A stretch of 55,226 bases of DNA from Octopus bimaculoides (GCF_001194135.2 NC_068984.1:9610234-9665459), one strand, 5' to 3'; shown: positions 36,846 through 48,776, counted from the first letter of the stretch. Numbers and translations: made by a program. The notes: generated from the letters alone by a model not told the origin.

Positions 36846-39038
36846 TATTGTTACTATAGTGAAGTGGTTGGCAATAAGAATGGGCATCTAGCTACAGAAT
36901 CTGTGAGAAAAATGAAGCATACGAGTGAGGTGTGAACCCCTGACTCATCAAGGAGGGCCACCACTCTGAATAAGATTCGTTTCAGATTGTGATGCCTTCT
37001 CCAACCCATGCCAGCAAGGAAAGCAGATACAACAATGATGATGGCTACAACTCACAAGTCATAGCTTGAGGGAAATGAGATATTTGGGAACAGCTGTTGG
37101 ACGCTGACAATTTGGCATGGCTAACTGGATATTCAGCCTGTTTTGATGACAGTACATTTTGAGTGTTGGTAGCAAACTCATACACATATGCACACAGAAA
37201 TATACACATACAGATAGAGAGAGAATAGGAGAGAGAGAGAGAGAGAGAGTAGGAGAGAGGCATTGCAATTTATTAATTGAACACAACTGACAAACATTTT
37301 TCTTCTCTTCAGACACATAAAGAGAAACACTCATTCAGAGTATTCATTTATATATAAATACATACTGCATATATATATATCATATATATATATATATATA
37401 TATAAATAGGGGAGAGGGAGGGAGAGAATAGGGCTAATATAAGCTGTATCTGATGACAAATAAGTCAGCGTCGAATCAGCAGTTTTAAACTGGCAGCACC
37501 AAAACAGCTGTGCCAAAACGTCTCATAACCATTCTTTGACTATCAACAGGCTACCTATAACAAAGAAGAGTCAAACATCAAGAACTGTGTATAGGAGTGT
37601 ACTTCAAGCTATAAGGCAGCAAAAAGTGGAAAATTTGTTCAAGAGTCAGTAGAACATTGGACAGGAATGCCTTGTAGTATTTGTCTTGGAATTCCCAAGT
37701 TCAAATCCCACCAAAGTCAACTCTACTTTTCCATTTTATCTTTTCAGGGATGATAAACAAAATACCATTCCAAGGCAATATATTGGCAGAATTGGTAGAA
37801 CATCAGATACAGAATCTGTTCCAGCAACCTGGGAGACAATATACTTATTGCATTTTCCTTTGGGAAACCTTGTTGGCACAGCAAGTGGAGATTTGCATGC
37901 ATTTGTAACAGCTAGTCTTAAATGGTCGGGGAGGGGGATCTTACTCTGGCCTGCACCTTGAACAGTAACTTTCCAGCTGCAGGGATATTCATAGCAAATA
38001 TAAGAGACGACAAAGTCCATTGAAATTATTAAGAAAACTCCATCTTCTGGGCATTTTTCTGCTGTTCATTTATCATAAAGACAGATGCACACACGTGCAC
38101 CTTATATATATATATATATATAAAGTACTATACATGCCCATGCACCTTATATATATATTTATATATAATTATACACACACACATCAGTGGTCAAGGATTG
38201 GATCTCACAACCATTTCTGAAGTTGCTCTACCTCCTCCTCCTCAACAGTTCCATATTGTATGTAGAACTAACAAATTATATATACATATATATATATTCA
38301 TACACACNNNNNNNNNNNNNNNNNNNNNNNNNNNNNNNNNNNNNNNNNNNNNNNNNNNNNNNNNNNNNNNNNNNNNNNNNNNNNNNNNNNNNNNNNNNNN
38401 NNNNNNNNNNNNNNNNNNNNNNNNNNNNNNNNNNNNNNNNNNNNNNNNNNNNNNNNNNNNNNNNNNNNNNNNNNNNNNNNNNNNNNNNNNNNNNNNNNNN
38501 NNNNNNNNNNNNNNNNNNNNNNNNNNNNNNNNNNNNNNNNNNNNNNNNNNNNNNNNNNNNNNNNNNNNNNNNNNNNNNNNNNNNNNNNNNNNNNNNNNNN
38601 NNNNNNNNNNNNNNNNNNNNNNNNNNNNNNNNNNNNNNNNNNNNNNNNNNNNNNNNNNNNNNNNNNNNNNNNNNNNNNNNNNNNNNNNNNNNNNNNNNNN
38701 NNNNNNNNNNNNNNNNNNNNNNNNNNNNNNNNNNNNNNNNNNNNNNNNNNNNNNNNNNNNNNNNNNNNNNNNNNNNNNNNNNNNNNNNNNNNNNNNNNNN
38801 NNNNNNNNNNNNNNNNNNNNNNNNNNNNNNNNNNNNNNNNNNNNNNNNNNNNNNNNNNNNNNNNNNNNNNNNNNNNNNNNNNNNNNNNNNNNNNNNNNNN
38901 NNNNNNNNNNNNNNNNNNNNNNNNNNNNNNNNNNNNNNNNNNNNNNNNNNNNNNNNNNNNNNNNNNNNNNNNNNNNNNNNNNNNNNNNNNNNNNNNNNNN
39001 NNNNNNNNNNNNNNNNNNNNNNNNNNNNNNNNNNNNNN

Positions 39039-39091
<53 letters not shown>

Positions 39092-39150
39092 TATAGATAG
39101 AGATATATAAAATATATTTATATATTTTAGATAGATAGAGATATATATAC

Positions 39151-39189
<39 letters not shown>

Positions 39190-39597
39190 TATAGATAGAT
39201 AGATAGAGATATAATATATATATATGTATACATATATTATAGATAGAGATATATATGTGTGTATGTGTGTGTATATATATATATATATATAAAAAATATC
39301 AGTGCATGTGTCTTTAATTGACAAAATGATGCTACCAAAGTACAATATTATGTGCAGGTGTATATAAGTCATCATTGAACATTGTTCGTCGTGAGAAACA
39401 AAATGTTTGCACCTATTGTTTGTCACACCTTTATGGTTGTTTTAAGTTCAGAGCCACACAATCAAGTTTTACCAGCGCTTGTACTGAAAATGTCATAAAA
39501 TGTAAACTTAATGTCAAAACAAATTATGATATTTGGTATAATGGTACATGTATGTGCGTATCTATGATTATAGATATATACACACGCACACAAACCT

Positions 39598-39644
<47 letters not shown>

Positions 39645-40676
39645 TATATAATTTAGAGAAAAGAACCACAATTCTTGAACTCATCCGTGAAAATCCACAG
39701 TCACATATTGTTGTTGTTGGCACTCCGTCGCTTACGACGTCGAGNNNNNNNNNNNNNNNNNNNNNNNNNNNNNNNNNNNNNNNNNNNNNNNNNNNNNNNN
39801 NNNNNNNNNNNNNNNNNNNNNNNNNNNNNNNNNNNNNNNNNNNNNNNNNNNNNNNNNNNNNNNNNNNNNNNNNNNNNNNNNNNNNNNNNNNNNNNNNNNN
39901 NNNNNNNNNNNNNNNNNNNNNNNNNNNNNNNNNNNNNNNNNNNNNNNNNNNNNNNNNNNNNNNNNNNNNNNNNNNNNNNNNNNNNNNNNNNNNNNNNNNN
40001 NNNNNNNNNNNNNNNNNNNNNNNNNNNNNNNNNNNNNNNNNNNNNNNNNNNNNNNNNNNNNNNNNNNNNNNNNNNNNNNNNNNNNNNNNNNNNNNNNNNN
40101 NNNNNNNNNNNNNNNNNNNNNNNNNNNNNNNNNNNNNNNNNNNNNNNNNNNNNNNNNNNNNNNNNNNNNNNNNNNNNNNNNNNNNNNNNNNNNNNNNNNN
40201 NNNNNNNNNNNNNNNNNNNNNNNNNNNNNNNNNNNNNNNNNNNNNNNNNNNNNNNNNNNNNNNNNNNNNNNNNNNNNNNNNNNNNNNNNNNNNNNNNNNN
40301 NNNNNNNNNNNNNNNNNNNNNNNNNNNNNNNNNNNNNNNNNNNNNNNNNNNNNNNNNNNNNNNNNNNNNNNNNNNNNNNNNNNNNNNNNNNNGAATGTAC
40401 AGAGCACATGACCAATATAACATGCTTGAATAACTTGACAGCAACAGTCAAATAATAATAATGATAAATTATGATTTCATTTGAAATATTTTTACACTTT
40501 ATTTGGAATGGAGAAGGAAGTCTGGTGTATATTTTCTTCTTAATTTTCTTTTAGCTTTATAACTTAAAATGAAAGATTATTCAACACTAATTCAAAAACA
40601 TGCCACTTTCTCTTATTTAAGTATTCATTATTCCCTTTAAAATATTTTATTTCCTTAGGCAATAATAATAATAATA

Positions 40677-40709
<33 letters not shown>

Positions 40710-41114
40710 GTTGTTATTATTTTGGTTCTCCGGTCCCTTAATCAATAACAATGAGTGAAGAGAGACCCTTTTGCAATATGGCAAGTCTGAGGGTGAAGCC
40801 ATTAATATATTTTATTTTCACTTACTGAACCCACTTCAGCGGCATAGCTAAAGGTTATGTGCCACCCTGGGCAACCTTTTGAGTTTGCACCGCCCTCCCC
40901 TTCCCCACTCGGCCAAATATACACCCTATACAAACTTATACAGCAAAAGTGCCATCCCAATAAATGCATTGCCCAGAGTTGTCTGCCCTTGCTCCAGTTC
41001 TGCAATTGCCCCAACACCCTCCACCCACCGCCTCCCCCATATCTAAAACTGTTTAGGAATTTTGGCTTGAAGTAAAGTGGGGGTGTTCTCATTATGAAAC
41101 ACTCTCTAAATTAG

Positions 41115-41150
<36 letters not shown>

Positions 41151-41286
41151 ATAAATATACCATTTACCAAACTCCCACTTCCCTTACAAGAAAAAGAAAC
41201 AGAAAATGTTATTCAGCAGAATATATATATTCATAGACAATATTTCAAGGGACATAACCACATGATTTGGCATAGCGCCCATATGC

Positions 41287-41320
<34 letters not shown>

Positions 41321-41373
41321 ATAAAATGATATATTTTATATACATATATATTTATTTACGATGTATGTGTAAT

Positions 41374-41832
41374 AAAGAGAGATGAACAATCATACATATA
41401 TAGAATATGGTTATATGAGATGCTACATAATATTACATGATATAATCAGATCTTTACAGCTGTTTTGATGTACCCTGTCAATAGTGGATATCATTATGCA
41501 TATTATTTGATTAGCCATAAGCATTAAAAGGCAATATTATTCAAAAGCACTTGTGGAATTTCACACACCTTCTGAAGACAATGCACTGTGTTTGACGCAT
41601 GACGGTATTTATATAGCATAGCTCTTGCATATTAATATTATGTTTACTTATGTGCTTTTGAATAATAATATTGTCTTATGATGTTTATACCTAATTGCAT
41701 AATATGCATAATAATATCCACTATTAACAAGATGCATCAAAACAGCTGTAAAGATCTGATTGTATCATGTAATATTATGCCACAACTGTAACTATATTCC
41801 ATACACCTGTGATCATTTGTTCATCTCGCTTT
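41374..41832. repeat. Long imperfect inverted repeat (about 180-bp arms, about 100-nt loop)
   Basis: For example, CAGATCTTTACAGCTGTTTTGATG at about 41447 versus CATCAAAACAGCTGTAAAGATCTG at about 41735. Confidence 0.85.
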
Positions 41833-42097
41833 ACTATCTATCATTTGCTCAGACTTTCTTTGCACCAACGCTTCAGCTTTGAAGAACCTTATTCTGATAA
41901 AGAAGCTGGATTTTTAAGAATTCAAACTGTCCGAGCACTAACCTGGTGCCTACCTATCTTTGTGTAAGCATCCTCATACTCATTATATATATATGAGTGT
42001 GTATACATATATGAGGAGGTGTGAAAGAGAGAGGGCGAGAAAGAGAGAAGAGACACCTATTCTTGATCAAATCAACCATTTAGTGTTTGTGTGTGTG

Positions 42098-42139
<42 letters not shown>

Positions 42140-42279
42140 AAATACATAAAAGTTTTGCTTTTTCTTCTGTTTTTGAGTTTTTCTTTTACAGAAAGGTTAA
42201 AATGAAATAATAATTATATTAATAATAATAATGATAATGTCAACAAAGTATAATTGAATACACTGAAGGTTCAGATCTG

Positions 42280-43160
42280 TCACAAACACGTCTCAGCTGT
42301 AGCTTTTATTTGAGTAGAAGAGGGGGAAGAGGAAGAGGAGGAAGAGGAAGGGGTGGCAGAGTTTGGCAAAGCATCGACGTGCTCGGCACTAGAGTTTCGA
42401 CTGATAGAGTTGCTATTGGTAACACCGCTGTTCTCACAATAGTCTGCAATTGATGCACCGAATGTCCTCTCACTCAACAGTTCTGGTCTGCTGAGGGCAT
42501 CGGCAGCAGGAGGTGCTGGTAACGGCGGGGGGGAAGAGGGAGTGTTCGTAAGAATATCACACGGAACATCAGTTCTGTAGCTTGCTGGTAAAGTGGTCGA
42601 ACAGGGTGTCAATCCTTCGGGGTCTGTCATGGTTCCTTGAGAGCGTCCCGGATACATTGATGGTGTGGTATCAATGGTAAGGTTCCCTATTTCAGGACGA
42701 TACGCTGGCGTATGGTGGTCCACGGGGTAGGGCCTGAAATGGTTCATAGTGCTAAAGTTACTGTCAGTGTTGATAGAGTTTGTATTGGACTCTAAAGTGT
42801 CATTAGATATGGGATCATTCTGAAAGTCCGACAGGTCTGCTATGGCAAAGCTCTCAGAGTCACACTCAGTTAGGGGCAGTGATGGTCGTGAATGGGCATC
42901 GCTCATTTGCGACCTGTAGGTAGGAGGTAAAGAATTTGGGTAACTTTCATTTGGGTTAGGTGGGAACACCATATAAACTCCTGGTCGCAGGGTGCTGGCC
43001 CGTGACCGGTAGGTGGGAGGTGGAGAACTTGGTAGGCTGTAATTATCAGTGTTGTTCATAGATTGTTGGTACTGTTGTAGTAGCTGCTGTTGGTATTCTT
43101 GCATAGACACATCATAGGAAGGTGGTGGTCGCCGATATTGAAACTCAGGGTACATGATAC
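42280..43160 (-). CDS. Terminal coding exon (293 aa) of a protein with a Pro/Ser-rich, PPxY-motif C-terminal region, probably the cytoplasmic tail of a membrane protein or NEDD4-family adaptor
   Basis: Acceptor gtctgcaatttcag| before 43160; phase 1 (x)GT ATC ATG TAC...; open to TGA at 42280; motifs RRPPPSY, SPPPTY, LPPTY; higher GC than the flanks. Confidence 0.85.
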
Positions 43161-43379
43161 CTGAAATTGCAGACAGACAGACACCAGATTAGTGAAGCAA
43201 TGCAAATAAGCAAACTAGCTGAGACAAAATTCACATTATTCCTAAGGTATCACTATAGTTTCAAACAGACTGATGGTGGCATTCTACATCAACAAACATC
43301 AATTCATTAATATAGCATAATCTGAAACACATTAAGCTTCTTGTTACCCTGTTTCTGTGGAAAAACAGTACCTTTCATC

Positions 43380-43575
43380 ATCATCATCATCATCATCATC
43401 ATTTAATGTCCGCTTTCCATGTTGGACAGTTTGACTGGGGACCGGCAAGCCAGGAGGTTGCACCAGGCTCCAATCTGATCTGGCAGAGTTTCTACAGCTG
43501 GATGACCTTCCTAACACCAACCACTCTGAGAGTGTATTGGGTGCTTCTTACATGCCACCAGCACAGGGGCCAGTC
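43380..43575 (-). mobile_element. RTE LINE 3' end (family D)
   Basis: (CAT)n-TTAATGTCCGCTTTCCATG...CTACAGCTGGATG.CCTTCC. Confidence 0.75.
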
Positions 43576-43773
43576 AGGTGATAGTGGTACTGTCTTTGTT
43601 TTAATTATTTTGAAAAAGAATTTGTCATTATTGAGCTGGTATTTGAAACAAAGTGATCTGACTTATATCTTTCCATCAAAATTCTATGTTAATTTAACCA
43701 TTTTGCTACCAATATTTCTGTTCAAATACACTACCTTCATTTCAATTAATTTTCAAACAAATGAAGAATTCTT

Positions 43774-43931
43774 TACATTATTTACATTTGACGGATATTT
43801 GTCCTCATCTTGTTTGTTGTTAACAACATTTTGGCTGATATACCCTCAAGCCTTCATCAGGTGTCTTGGGGAAATTTCAAACCTGGGTTCTCATTCTTAA
43901 GGTATTTTTCGATATTATTATTATCATTATT
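43774..43931 (-). mobile_element. Headless inverted SINE E copy
   Basis: Reverse complement of the element's AT-rich linker, hammerhead (G12A variant) and tail. Confidence 0.8.
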
Positions 43932-44012
43932 GTGCCTGTGGGCATATGGCATAGTGGTTAAGAGCGAGGGCTACTAACCCCAAGATTCTGAGTTCTATTC
44001 CAGGCAGTAACC

Positions 44013-44052
<40 letters not shown>

Positions 44053-44240
44053 TAACAACAACAACTTCAAAAAATACCTTAGGAATGAGAACCCAGGTTT
44101 AAAATTTCCCCAAGACACCTGACGAAGGCTGGAGGGTATATCAGCCGAAATGTTGTGTTAACAACAAACAAGATGAGGAGAAATATCCGTCAAATATAAA
44201 TAATGTACATAATTCCTCATCTCTTAAATATAGAACTGTA
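43932..44240 (+). mobile_element. Full SINE E (tRNA head + (AAT)n + hammerhead + tail)
   Basis: A box TGGCATAGTGG, B box GAGTTCTATTCC, (AAT)n, hammerhead at 44114-44159, tail ending GAACTGTA. Confidence 0.85.
44114..44159 (+). ncRNA. Minimal type I hammerhead ribozyme motif inside SINE E
   Basis: GACAC-CUGACGA-A-GGCUG(GAGGGUAUAU)CAGCC-GAAA-UG-UU-GUGUU: stem I 5 bp, stem II 5 bp, loopless stem III (ACGU in the family consensus). Confidence 0.65.
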
Positions 44241-45711
44241 AATGAGGAATTTACGAAAACAGCTATCATTATTTAGCTGGCATTTGGAACATAAATTAAC
44301 ATAGAATTTTGATAGGCCTTTAATTTAAATCGCTTGAAAGCAGGAAGATTGTATCATAAAACAAGGAGCAGTCTCAGTATCAAAAGGGCTTATATTATCA
44401 GGAACGTGCCTGCCTGGTGAAGGACATCTACATGAAACATTACATCATTCCTTCTCATAACAAAGTAACATAATTTGTTGATTTGCATTTTTCTTTTTTC
44501 AACTTTCTTTTATCACCGAATCAAAACTATTTTACATTAAATAGATGGGAGGTACACAACCTCAGTAGCTTTCTGAAGTTCAAATCAAATAAATGGAAGA
44601 ATTCAGCCTGAAATAGCAAAGAAAGGAAAAAAGGAATGGCTACAGCAACGGTACCTTTGCACAGACGTTACTTTGTAACACCAATAAACACACACTATTT
44701 GAACGAATGAATTATTGGTTGGTTGGTTGGTTGGTTGGTTAGTTGGTTGGAGATATGTGTGTGTAACTGAATGTATAGGGGCTTCCTATAAGGTTGTTAT
44801 CCACCCCTGATTGGAACTCTCCTGTATGACATGTACGCATGCTCAGTGACTTGCTTTAACAGTTGCAATCAGCTGAATGCACATTGCCAGTAACATTTGA
44901 CATAATTACCCACACTCTGTGGTCAGGATTCTTTTTTTGGTTTGATGTCGGTATCGAAGGGATTACCAGACACCGGACAATACAGTGAGAGCAGCTTTCA
45001 CTCACATCGTGGTATTCGATGCTGTGTACGTGTCTGTCGTGGTAAAATATGCCACTCCTTAACTGTTGCTTTGCTTTCATCCGTAGCACGAGGTAATTAT
45101 GTCATTATCTGTGAAATTCGGCAACTTACAAAGATCTTTNNNNNNNNNNNNNNNNNNNNNNNNNNNNNNNNNNNNNNNNNNNNNNNNNNNNNNNNNNNNN
45201 NNNNNNNNNNNNNNNNNNNNNNNNNNNNNNNNNNNNNNNNNNNNNNNNNNNNNNNNNNNNNNNNNNNNNNNNNNNNNNNNNNNNNNNNNNNNNNNNNNNN
45301 NNNNNNNNNNNNNNNNNNNNNNNNNNNNNNNNNNNNNNNNNNNNNNNNNNNNNNNNNNNNNNNNNNNNNNNNNNNNNNNNNNNNNNNNNNNNNNNNNNNN
45401 NNNNNNNNNNNNNNNNNNNNNNNNNNNNNNNNNNNNNNNNNNNNNNNNNNNNNNNNNNNNNNAACTCAGGCACAGTAAGTACTTCGATAGCTGAATCATC
45501 AAGCTGCTTTATATCCATAAGACGTAAAACAATAACAATGGCGTGGGTAGTCTCCGGAAGTTTAATTATCTACATGGAGTGCCGCCTAGTCAAGGGAGAT
45601 AACTTACTTATAGGAAAGCCCTATATTGTCCTTGTCTTGATGTGTGAAAGTTGACAGTAAACCAAAAGCCTCACTGTGCTTAATAATGGTGTTGTCCTTC
45701 ACAAAAGCATG

Positions 45712-45753
<42 letters not shown>

Positions 45754-45974
45754 TCATCTTATTTTAAAATAACCCGAACACAAAAACAAAAGAAATCACA
45801 GCACAAAGTTGTGCCAGCTATAAACATCACATTTTTTAATACATAGCTGGGCCTCAACTACTTTAATCCAAGCACAGCCCTGCATCCCCTTTTTCCGGGT
45901 TTTATGTATGTAACAGTTCTAACTCCGAAATTATTTTAAACCAATTATGTGGAATGGAATTATTTGGTTGATAG

Positions 45975-46195
45975 AGTGGCAAGCTAAGCTGTCAGAATCG
46001 TTTGCACACCATGCAAAATGCTTAGCGGTATTTAGTCTGCCGCTACATTCTGAGTTCAAATTCCACTGAGGTCGACTTTGCCTTTCATCCTTTCAGGGTC
46101 GATTAAATAAGTACCAGTTGCGTACTGAGGTTGATGTAATCGACTCGCCCCTTCCCCCCAAAATTTCAGGCTTTGTGCCAAGAGTAGAGAAGAAT
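45975..46195 (+). mobile_element. SINE B
   Basis: Head, core and CCCCCAAAATTTC...GTAGA.AAGAAT tail; another partial copy at 46895-47092. Confidence 0.75.
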
Positions 46196-47714
46196 TTTTG
46201 GTTGACAAAGCAGTAGCAAGCTTCTTTATGAAAACTGGTTTTTGGTTGGCAGCTCGACATTTGTCTTGCTTCTTTCAGTTGACTGACTGTGGCCATGCTT
46301 GAGCGCCACCTTGATGGATTTAGTTGGTTTGTTAACACCAATGTAAATGATGGGAATGTAAACAAAGCAACACCAGTCGTGGGGGAGNNNNNNNNNNNNN
46401 NNNNNNNNNNNNNNNNNNNNNNNNNNNNNNNNNNNNNNNNNNNNNNNNNNNNNNNNNNNNNNNNNNNNNNNNNNNNNNNNNNNNNNNNNNNNNNNNNNNN
46501 NNNNNNNNNNNNNNNNNNNNNNNNNNNNNNNNNNNNNNNNNNNNNNNNNNNNNNNNNNNNNNNNNNNNNNNNNNNNNNNNNNNNNNNNNNNNNNNNNNNN
46601 NNNNNNNNNNNNNNNNNNNNNNNNNNNNNNNNNNNNNNNNNNNNNNNNNNNNNNNNNNNNNNNNNNNNNNNNNNNNNNNNNNNNNNNNNNNNNNNNNNNN
46701 NNNNNNNNNNNNNNNNNNNNNNNNNNNNNNNNNNNNNNNNNNNNNNNNNNNNNNNNNNNNNNNNNNNNNNNNNNNNNNNNNNNNNNNNNNNNNNNNNNNN
46801 NNNNNNNNNNNNNNNNNNNNNNNNNNNNNNNNNNNNNNNNNNNNNNNNNNNNNNNNNNNNNNNNNNNNNNNNNNNNNNNNNNNAAATACACACAAAGGCA
46901 GCAAGCTGGCTGAATCGTTAGCATGCTGGGCAAAATGCTTAGAGGCCATCTCTATGTTCTGAGTTCAAATTCCACCAAGATTGGCTTTGCTTTTCATCTT
47001 TTTGAGCCGCAGCTGAGCACTGGAGTTGATGTAACCAAGTTAACTCCCCACCACTGAAATTGCTGGCGGTGTTCCGAAATTCGAAACCAATATTAAAAAA
47101 GTACCTGTGTACCAAAGTTCCGTGAACTAAGAAAGAAGATATAAGCTAAGAATGTTCTCTTATCCGTCAGTGTTACTCACCACCATCAGAAACATGGTAC
47201 ATTTTTACATTTTACAATTTTTTTGTCCGTCTAATTTTATCTTATTTTCATTTATAACATTTCCTGACTCTGACATCAAATATAGCAAACGGATGGAGAT
47301 AGAAAATTCTATATTGGAATGGTTTTAAGACAGGACATTTTTTTTCATGCTTAAACATCAATCTATCTTTCCATCATCTCATCTTCTGCTATCTTTGGGA
47401 GTGGGCGAGTCACTAATTTTATATATATAAATGTTTGTTTTCATGTTCATTTATAATAAAAACAATTTTACATTAAACTGATCGGTTACTCTATACGCTT
47501 GTAGAGTACAAATTTATTATTCTTAAACAAGAATATTATCGACAGTAACTTCGAAGTTTCAGCCAGTCAAACCATACATATATAAGGATATTATTGTTCA
47601 TAATTCACAATAATATCAATGGCTAGCATGTGTAAAAAAAAGCATAAAGACAAAAATTATTAAATGATAATGAAGGGTACTATCGGAAAGCACCAGCATG
47701 CTAAAAATCGCAGT

Positions 47715-47850
47715 CAAGAATGACTCAAACCCATAAATTTTCACTTTCCCACTTTAGTGAAGTTGAGGAAACAAGCAAAAAGGTTTTTGCTCATTCCCCC
47801 AACTTCACCATTGTGTGGAAGTGGAAATTTGTGGTTTTGAGTCATTATTG
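47715..47850. repeat. About 136-nt continuous hairpin (MITE-like)
   Basis: CAAGAATGACTCAAA...GTGAAGTTG pairs with CAACTTCAC...TTTGAGTCATTATTG; inner AGCAAAAA/TTTTTGCT stem. Confidence 0.8.
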
Positions 47851-48199
47851 ATTAATTAATTAATTAATTAATTAATATATATATAGGTTGAAAAAAAAGA
47901 TATATAGTAAAATAAGGATTCAGATAGAATCAGGTACTTGAAAAGATATTTGCCAGGTAGGGTTGGAACAACTTGTGGTTCCGGCCTATGGTTGGTAAGT
48001 ATAAAATAGGATATTCTGGTTGTGTACTCAGAGAAAACAAACCCTATGAGTATTTAGTGCCTAGGGGCTGGTCCAAAGCATGCATTACGTTGAATAGTAC
48101 GTTGTTGATATAGCCTAGGGTGTCTGACAAGTCGTAAATCCCCTTGGTGTATTATAATCAAATGGATAACATCAGATGATGGATAATTGTCAATTATAC

Positions 48200-48776
48200 A
48201 TTGTATTGAACCAAATTTGATGACTGGCACCCATGCCAGTGGAGCGCTAACAGCACCATCTGAGCAGGATCACTGCCAGAGCAGGGTCCCTGCCACAGCA
48301 GGGTCCCTGCCAGAGCAGGGTCCCTGCCAGAGCAGGGTCCCTGCCAGAGCAGGGTCACTGCCAGAGCAGGATCACTGCCAGAGCAGGATCACTGCCAGAG
48401 CAGTGGTCTCGCTCCCATGCCGGTGACATGTAAAAAGCACCATTTGAGCGCGATCGTTTCTAGCTTCGCCTTACTGGCACTTGTGCCAGTGGTATGTGAA
48501 CAAAACATTGGACTGGCCCCTGTGTAGGTGGCACGAAAAAAACACCATTTGAGCATGGCAGTTGCCAGTACTGCCGGACTGGCCCTCATGCCGGTGACAC
48601 ATAAAAAGCACCCACTACACTCTCAGAGTGGTTGGCATTAGGAAGGGCATCCAGCTGTAGAAACTCTGCCAAATCAGATTGGAGCCTGGTGTTGCCATCC
48701 GGTTTCACCGGTCCTCAGTCAAATCGTCCAACCCATGCTAGCATGGACGTTAAACGATGATGATGATGATGATGAT
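48200..48776 (+). mobile_element. RTE LINE 3' UTR with an internal 17-bp minisatellite expansion (48275-48403)
   Basis: GCCAGAGCAGGGTCCCT repeated about 7.6 times; terminal GGACGTTAAACGATGATGATG. Confidence 0.85.

Larger units (their letters stand above)
43716..44388. mobile_element. piggyBac-type MITE (related to 22711-22931) interrupted by the SINE E pair
   Basis: TTAACCATTTTG.TACC..TATTTCTGTT at the left end; ...GTATCAAAAGGG at the right end; internal similarity to the reverse complement of the 22711 element. Confidence 0.6.

Noticed and set aside
37056-37190. Possible minus-strand exon (EFATNTQNVLSSKQAEYPVSHAK...) ending at T|GTGAGT
   Set aside because: The donor is strong but there is no convincing acceptor, the frame runs out of a microsatellite, and no homology is recognised.
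37450-37475. CTGATGA...GAA as a hammerhead
   Set aside because: There is no GAAA in register and no stem I or III pairing.
43940-44010. tRNA-like sequences as true tRNA genes (also 9858-9930, 28820-28892)
   Set aside because: The acceptor stems do not close and each continues into a repeated SINE body.
48275-48403. Regular short repeats as a CRISPR array (also 2410-2590)
   Set aside because: There are no unique spacers, the context is eukaryotic, and no cas genes are present.
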